64,000 bases of DNA from Candidatus Thorarchaeota archaeon (GTDB lineage: Archaea; Asgardarchaeota; Thorarchaeia; Thorarchaeales; Thorarchaeaceae). Location of the stretch: positions 32,001 to 96,000 of the forward strand of contig JBHLRZ010000003.1 of assembly GCA_048882045.1 (NCBI GenBank). The letters are read 5' to 3'. This document shows, piece after piece, positions 57,958-64,000 of this stretch. The position numbers were made by a program, and so were the translations under genes. The notes beneath the pieces are model-generated. The model was not told the DNA's origin. It was given only the letters and a program-made list of their open reading frames with translations, and searched no databases. How positions within the stretch are numbered: the stretch's first letter is position 1; the number at the start of each line of letters is the position of its first letter.

Positions 57958-60775
57958 CATCCGCTTCATTCTGTTCCTTTCGATGATGACCGAAGATTAT
58001 ATGCGGCGGAATGAGCAGAGCCGGGATACAAGTAAGGAGAATCACAACCCAGTCGAGTGCATTAAGGGGCATAGTCTCAAACAGAGTCATTATTGGCGGG
58101 AAGTAAATCGTCAGTAGAGTGAGAGCAATAGAGAGCACAACAGCACCCATCAAGACCTTTGAGCCTCGGACCTCGGTCTTCCAGACTGGATGATATTCAT
58201 CCCTGCAGTTCCATACGAACAACAGTTCGAAACAGACAACACTGGCAAAGACTGCTGTCCTACCATGAGCCAGAACATTTTGCCAGCTCCAGCTGGTGAC
58301 CGGGGAAATGTCAGTTTGCCAATCAACAAGAGGTCCATTAATACCAGGAATCCATCCTCCATAAACCTGCAGGGACCACATGAACATGATTAGTGATGAC
58401 AGGAATGCAATGAATCCAGCAATAATGATGAATGTCGCCATTCCACGGTCCATCATTTTAGCACCTGGTTTACGAGGTGGTCTGTCCATCACTCCTGTTT
58501 CAGGTGGGTCGACACCCAGCGCTAAAGCTGGGAATCCGTCAGTTGCTAGGTTAAGCCAGAGAATCTGTATAGCTGTGATTGGGAGTGGGAGTCCAAGCAT
58601 GATTACTGTGAAGATGAGAAACACCTCATCGAAGTTCGCTGCAAGCAGAAATCGAACGAACTTTCTGATGTTCGAATAGATCTCTCTACCCTTCTCCACT
58701 GCTGACACAATCGTCGCAAAGTTATCATCCGTGAGTATGACGTCAGAGGCTTCCTTCGTGACATCTGCTCCCCTGATACCCATCGAGATACCTACATCAG
58801 CCGTTTTTATCGCAGGAGCATCGTTCACACCGTCACCAGTCATGGCCAGTACTTCGTTGTTAGCCCTAAGAGCAGTGACAATCTGGAGTTTGTGTTCTGG
58901 TGCAACACGAGCGAATACATTACATCGCATTACTGCTTCATTGTACTCTTCAGGAGAGAGATTGTCCAGGTCTGCGCCACTAAGCACCTCTCCCTCTGTG
59001 TCGATGAGACCAACATCAACAGCGACAGCTCGTGCGGTCAGCTGGTGGTCTCCAGTGATCATGATGGGGCGAATCCCAGCCATCCTGCAAATACGCATTG
59101 CATCGCGAACTTCGTCTCTTGGAGGATCAATCATTCCCACCAGACCCACAAAAATTAGATTCTTCTCAACTTGCTCAGGTTCCCAACCGGGTATTTCTCC
59201 ATCAAGAGGACGATAGGCAAAAGCGAGAACTCTGAGTGCATTCTCTGCAAAACCTGCATTTATTTCAACAATGGATTCTCGCTCCTTATCCGAAAGTACC
59301 CGGACTTCTTTCCCTTCATAGATATGGGTACAGAGTGGCAAGAGCACCTCAGGAGCCCCCTTTGAACAAGCAGTCAATTCGCCCGATTTGTCCTGAACAA
59401 TTGAAGTCATCCGTTTTCTTGCTGAATCAAACGAGATTTCTGTTACTTCGTGAAACTTGTCCAGAGTTGCATCATGCGACTTGCAGGCTTTCTCTGCAAG
59501 GACAAGTATAGCCCCCTCTGTCGGGTCCCCTACAACACTGAAGTCAGCTTTTCCAGAAACATCCGGTTGTAGGACTGAATTGCTACACAGCTGACCAATC
59601 TCAAGGAGTTTGTCAACATGAGGGTCTGTCAGTGGATCTAACGCCTCACTTGCACGCGTGAACCGACCAGCTCTATTGTAACCAACACCCCCAACCGAAA
59701 CCGTCATTCCATTGACAAACATGGTTGTAGCGGTCATCTCATTTTTCGTAATTGTTCCAGTTTTATCTGAGCAGATTATTGTAGTTGAGCCAAGTGTTTC
59801 AACAGAAGGAAGTCTTCTCACAATGGCATTACGTTGGACCATTCGTTGAACACCAATTGCTAAGGTGATTGTGACGACTGCTGGAAGACCTTCAGGGATT
59901 GCTGAAACTGCTAAAGCAATTGCAGCTAAAAGGGCTTCCATTGTACTTGGGGCAGCGTTCTCTATAACTTCAGCGGCAAAAACGATTATACAGAGTGCGA
60001 TAATGAGTAATCCCAATTTCTTACCGAGATCATCTAAGTCCAGTTGAAGCGGAGTCATGGCCTTCTCACTTTCTTGGACCAGTTCAGCAATTCGACCAAA
60101 CTGAGTCTTCATTCCAGTGGAGGTCACTATAGCATTCCCTTTTCCTGCAGTGACAGTGGTTCCTTGGAAGATCATGTTCTTCATGTCACCAACAACAGGA
60201 TTTGGAAGATGAATTGGATCAGTCATCTTACGAACAGCTATCGATTCGCCAGTAAGAGGAGATTCATCGACTGAGAACCCGACTGAATAGATAACTCGAC
60301 CATCCGCAGCGATCCTATCCCCTGTTTCAAAACCAATGAGATCTCCAGGAACAATGTTCTTAGATTCAATAACGGTCCAGAGACCATCCCTCATTACTCT
60401 GGCTTTGGGAGCGGCCATGTCTTTGAGTGCTTCAAGAGCCTGCTCTGACTTGTACTCCTGAACAAAACCAAATATTGCATTAAAGATGACAATTGCGAAA
60501 ATGACAATCGCATCAATGATGCCACTCTCTCCATGAATGGGATCTAGGGCTGCTGTCGCCAATGAGATACCAATGGCTATGATAAGTATGATGACCATTG
60601 GATCTGTGAATTCGCTGAGAAACATTCGTAATGGGCTAATTCCTCCTGTTTCTACAAGCTCATTGGGGCCGTATTTTGAAAGCCTGATTTCAGCCTCGGT
60701 GCTGGAGAGACCCTCCATAGATGACTCTAGCTGTGTCAAGACGTGCTCAGTGTCGTTACTATACCACTCACTCAT
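57935..60775 (-). CDS. P-type IIA Ca2+-transporting ATPase
   Basis: TGES, IPEGLP, DKTGT, KGAPE, TGDGVNDAP and ILWLNLATD motifs. Start placed at Met9 of the track ORF. Confidence 0.95.
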   Translation of the reverse strand: MSEWYSNDTEHVLTQLESSMEGLSSTEAEIRLSKYGPNELVETGGISPLRMFLSEFTDPMVIILIIAIGISLATAALDPIHGESGIIDAIVIFAIVIFNAIFGFVQEYKSEQALEALKDMAAPKARVMRDGLWTVIESKNIVPGDLIGFETGDRIAADGRVIYSVGFSVDESPLTGESIAVRKMTDPIHLPNPVVGDMKNMIFQGTTVTAGKGNAIVTSTGMKTQFGRIAELVQESEKAMTPLQLDLDDLGKKLGLLIIALCIIVFAAEVIENAAPSTMEALLAAIALAVSAIPEGLPAVVTITLAIGVQRMVQRNAIVRRLPSVETLGSTTIICSDKTGTITKNEMTATTMFVNGMTVSVGGVGYNRAGRFTRASEALDPLTDPHVDKLLEIGQLCSNSVLQPDVSGKADFSVVGDPTEGAILVLAEKACKSHDATLDKFHEVTEISFDSARKRMTSIVQDKSGELTACSKGAPEVLLPLCTHIYEGKEVRVLSDKERESIVEINAGFAENALRVLAFAYRPLDGEIPGWEPEQVEKNLIFVGLVGMIDPPRDEVRDAMRICRMAGIRPIMITGDHQLTARAVAVDVGLIDTEGEVLSGADLDNLSPEEYNEAVMRCNVFARVAPEHKLQIVTALRANNEVLAMTGDGVNDAPAIKTADVGISMGIRGADVTKEASDVILTDDNFATIVSAVEKGREIYSNIRKFVRFLLAANFDEVFLIFTVIMLGLPLPITAIQILWLNLATDGFPALALGVDPPETGVMDRPPRKPGAKMMDRGMATFIIIAGFIAFLSSLIMFMWSLQVYGGWIPGINGPLVDWQTDISPVTSWSWQNVLAHGRTAVFASVVCFELLFVWNCRDEYHPVWKTEVRGSKVLMGAVVLSIALTLLTIYFPPIMTLFETMPLNALDWVVILLTCIPALLIPPHIIFGHHRKEQNEADARKEVVY

Positions 60776-60935
60776 TTTGAATGCTCCGAGTGCTAACAAA
60801 AGCCTACTCCGGAGAGTTGATTATTTCCAATTGGGACTGAATAAAAACCTGACGTCATAGGTATTTTCGTAGTTTCGAAAACGTTAAAGAGTGGTCGAAT
60901 TAGAAAACCGCCGAGTCACATCCTAAGGTGAAGAC

Positions 60936-61562
60936 ATGACAGAAACGGAGAAGACGAAGTATAGTTTCAAGTGTTTGGAGAGCAAGTGCGATACAAAAAC
61001 ATGTCACATCAGGCCAAATATCAATGTCACACACGGAGATATCGCACGGTGGACAAAGCAGGGGTATCTCATGAATATTCTACCCGGTCTTATACTTAGG
61101 CTACCTCAGTCAGATCAGGACCTCATCAGTATAGAGATGTTGCGGAAGTCCCTTGAGAACGATTCTGAAACAACAGCTTGTATCTTCTACAACGAGAGTG
61201 CAAACGCATGCGAGATCAGATACTCTCGACCAATCTCATGTAGATCATTTCCTCTGGAATACAACGGAGAGAAATATGTCCTAAGTTCTAAGGACTGCCC
61301 AGGTGTCGGGCAAGGAGAGGTCAGTAAGGAGGCACTTCAAGAGGCTCGAGCACTGGCTGAGCAAGAATTCAATGAGAGAATAGAAACCATTTCATCACTA
61401 CCTGTAGTCTATACAATCATAATGAATCAAATGCTGCGACAGTCAGCTGAAGCAATGCAGAACCTCTCTGAAGAAGACAGAAAGAAGATGGATGAGATTC
61501 TGGGACGTTCTTCAGAACAAGAAGAAACTTCAGATGACGAATCTACAGATCCATCTGAATGA
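60936..61562 (+). CDS. YkgJ/CxxCxxCC family Cys-cluster protein
   Basis: FKC...C...C, CIFY...CEI...RPISCRSFP and CPGVG motifs. Confidence 0.8.
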   Translation: MTETEKTKYSFKCLESKCDTKTCHIRPNINVTHGDIARWTKQGYLMNILPGLILRLPQSDQDLISIEMLRKSLENDSETTACIFYNESANACEIRYSRPISCRSFPLEYNGEKYVLSSKDCPGVGQGEVSKEALQEARALAEQEFNERIETISSLPVVYTIIMNQMLRQSAEAMQNLSEEDRKKMDEILGRSSEQEETSDDESTDPSE

Positions 61563-62643
61563 GATCCCGAATTGTGAATGTGAGTAGCTCTGGACCATCC
61601 TCCCGTATACAGACTAGGTCTTCAATTCGGACTCCGAACTTACCTTCCAAGTAGACACCGGGTTCAACACTGTGACACATTCCAGACTTCAGAATCTCAG
61701 AACTTCCTCTGACCACGTAGGGAGATTCATGGACTTCAAGCCCAACTCCATGCCCAAGTCGATGAGTGAAGAAATCGCCATATCCTGCATCGTCGATGAC
61801 ACGTCGAGCTACACCATCGGCAGCTCCGCATGCCATGCCAGCTTTGATCTTATCCATGGCAGTTTCCAGAGCCTGTAATACTGTGGAATGGACAGCCTGA
61901 ATCTCCTCAGTTGGATCACCGACCACTCCAACACGAGTCATGTCGGTATTATATCCGTCAATTGAACACCCACAGTCCATCAACACCACATCACCTTTCT
62001 TCAGCTCTCTTGATCCAGGGGATGCATGGGGAAGAGCGCTGTGCTCACCAAACTGGACTATAGCGAATGTAGCGACAGCTCCCTGTCGTCTAATTTCCTT
62101 CTGCACGATATCTTGTACATCAATCTCAGTCATTCCAAGCTGTGCTTCAGCAAATGCTTTCGATACCGCATCGTCAATGACAAGGCCAGCCTTCTTCATC
62201 AGCTCAATCTCGGTTTCCGACTTTGATATTCGCATCTTGTCAATCACTGGAGTAACAGATGCGGTGTCCTTGAACCCTCCCATCTCTCTCTCTAGCGACC
62301 AAAAAACACCAAGTGGTATTGATTCATCAAAGAGAACCACTTTGTTCCTACCGATTATCTCCACGACTTTTCTATACGGATTTTCATCCTCAGCCCAAGA
62401 TGTGAATTCCTTTATCCAGGTGTGCGATTGATGATCAGACATCTCAAAAGCAGGTGAGATGATAATCGGATCTCCCTCCTTTCTGACAATGAGGGCGAGT
62501 AGACGTTCATGCATTTGATACGCGAAACCAACCAAGTATTGGAAGCTGGGTGAAGGAGTCAGAAATGCTACATCAGCACCTGAGCTCTCAATGTGTTTTT
62601 GAACACGAACCATTCTTTCCCTGTAAACAGATTCATCGAGCAA
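61543..62643 (-). CDS. pepQ: Xaa-Pro dipeptidase (M24 family)
   Basis: ALPHA, DMTR, HRLGHGVGLEVHE, EPGVY and GVRIED motifs. Confidence 0.92.
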   Translation of the reverse strand: MLDESVYRERMVRVQKHIESSGADVAFLTPSPSFQYLVGFAYQMHERLLALIVRKEGDPIIISPAFEMSDHQSHTWIKEFTSWAEDENPYRKVVEIIGRNKVVLFDESIPLGVFWSLEREMGGFKDTASVTPVIDKMRISKSETEIELMKKAGLVIDDAVSKAFAEAQLGMTEIDVQDIVQKEIRRQGAVATFAIVQFGEHSALPHASPGSRELKKGDVVLMDCGCSIDGYNTDMTRVGVVGDPTEEIQAVHSTVLQALETAMDKIKAGMACGAADGVARRVIDDAGYGDFFTHRLGHGVGLEVHESPYVVRGSSEILKSGMCHSVEPGVYLEGKFGVRIEDLVCIREDGPELLTFTIRDLIQMDL

Positions 62644-62755
62644 TTCCAGCTCTCACAACCAACGGTTGTATACGATGCTTTGCAATTAACCATGACGGTT
62701 CTCACATTAGGGAAGAATTACAGTTAATAGGAGGTCCGAGAGCCGCTGTCAAAGA

Positions 62756-64000
62756 ATGGTCGATACTGTGGAAGAAGTCAAGGGAGTGAAATATGAGCTG
62801 CAAAAGCTCCCTCCCAGTGCATATCTTGTAGGTGCATTGACTCAGTTTGCAGTGGGCCTTCATTCACCTTTCCTGTCTGCTTACCTGATTGATATGCAAG
62901 AGCACCTCTATGGAGCTCAAAACTTCATTGAGCAGGGAGCTTTTAGAAGTGTGGGCAATATAGGAAACACGTTGCTACAACCTCTATGGGGAGGTGCTTC
63001 AGACAGGGTTGGGCATACCAAGGCATTCGTGGCATTTGGAACGCTTACTGGACTACTAATTGTCTATATGTTCCTCTTCGCGTCCACACCAGTCGAGTTG
63101 ATCTTTCTATATACTATTCAATCAGTATTGTTCAGTATCCAGATTCCTACATGGCTTTCACTCATTGGAGGATTGATGGACGAAGAAAACCGAGGAACTG
63201 AGCTTGGAAAATTAGGACTTGTGACGAATATTGCTTCCCTTTCAGCCACACTGATCTCTGGATTCATCGCAGTCTTGCCCAGTCTGGTTCTATTACTCCG
63301 CAATTTTCTTGGTGAAGTACTGATTCCAATCCAGACACCAGCTGAATTATGGCGAGAAGCATATTACGGTGCATTCTTTTTTACAGCTTCTGTGGGGATA
63401 GTTTCCTCAATACTTACAATAAGGATACAGGAGAAACCAAAGAAGGATGACGGTCCACGAAAATTCCCGCCAATGCTTCGTCTTCTCTCCCAACCTGGTG
63501 ATTTTCGAAGGTTCTGTTTCGTGGCAGTCTTCTTCTCATTTGCTATGTCAATGGCGTGGCCATACTTCATTGTGGTCCAAAAAGTCTGGCTCAACAATTC
63601 AAATCTCGAGATCGCAATAGCTTCAGCAGTAATGACGTTGGCAATTGTACTGTTCACAGTCCCCTTTGGGAAACTGAGTGACCGCGTTGGGAGGCGACCG
63701 TTGATTCTTCTCGGAAGAGGTCTCCTGTTCCTAGTTCCACTCATGTACGCATTTGCCACTCATGTTTTCATGGTATACGCGGCAAACATTCTTGCAGGCT
63801 TTTGTGTTGCATCGGGGATGAACGCAATTACTGCTTACATATACGACATCTCCCCGGAAGAAGAGAGGGGTTCACATCTGGCAGTATTCAACACATTTAC
63901 AGGGATAGTCTACCTCTTTGGTTCATTGCTAGCAGGGTTTTTCGGAGAGGTGATTAGATTGTCACTTGGGAGTGAGTATTTGTCAGTCTTCATAATGCTC
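62756..64000 (+). CDS. MFS transporter, 3'-truncated (absent from the ORF track)
   Basis: ATG at 62756 (MVDTVEEVKG...) with MFS motif A twice (WGGASDRVG, FGKLSDRVGRRP); appears to run off the window end. Confidence 0.85.
   Translation, partial: MVDTVEEVKGVKYELQKLPPSAYLVGALTQFAVGLHSPFLSAYLIDMQEHLYGAQNFIEQGAFRSVGNIGNTLLQPLWGGASDRVGHTKAFVAFGTLTGLLIVYMFLFASTPVELIFLYTIQSVLFSIQIPTWLSLIGGLMDEENRGTELGKLGLVTNIASLSATLISGFIAVLPSLVLLLRNFLGEVLIPIQTPAELWREAYYGAFFFTASVGIVSSILTIRIQEKPKKDDGPRKFPPMLRLLSQPGDFRRFCFVAVFFSFAMSMAWPYFIVVQKVWLNNSNLEIAIASAVMTLAIVLFTVPFGKLSDRVGRRPLILLGRGLLFLVPLMYAFATHVFMVYAANILAGFCVASGMNAITAYIYDISPEEERGSHLAVFNTFTGIVYLFGSLLAGFFGEVIRLSLGSEYLSVFIML

Overview
This is an archaeal chromosomal segment with no rRNA, tRNA, CRISPR array or transposase that I can recognise. 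Archaeal information-processing genes (radA, Topo VI A/B, aRF1, archaeal pheS/pheT, cofE, geranylgeranyl reductase) occur with two Rab-like small GTPases and a Roadblock/LC7 protein, which points to an Asgard archaeon (inference, possibly Thorarchaeota-like). The left part (1-25 kb) is catabolic: a hydantoin-racemase/DUF917/nucleotidyltransferase/metallophosphoesterase cluster, two FAD-oxidoreductase + CCG Fe-S modules, and an aminotransferase - glycyl radical enzyme - KDG kinase - KDPG aldolase operon with no activase in the window. The most notable unannotated signals are: (1) three tandem 33-39 aa ORFs missed by the ORF track (two clear paralogues, MALSKN...ALT[Y/H]AY[Q/I]YRR) upstream of a hairpin leader and an MFS transporter; (2) a ~240-nt end-paired structured intergenic element next to an RGG-tailed SSB; (3) a Cas4-like nuclease split into two membrane-anchored genes; (4) a Topo VI-A/Spo11 homologue carrying a Lys-rich tail and two RadA-N-terminal-like HhH modules. 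All calls come from reading motifs by eye; no database searches were run.
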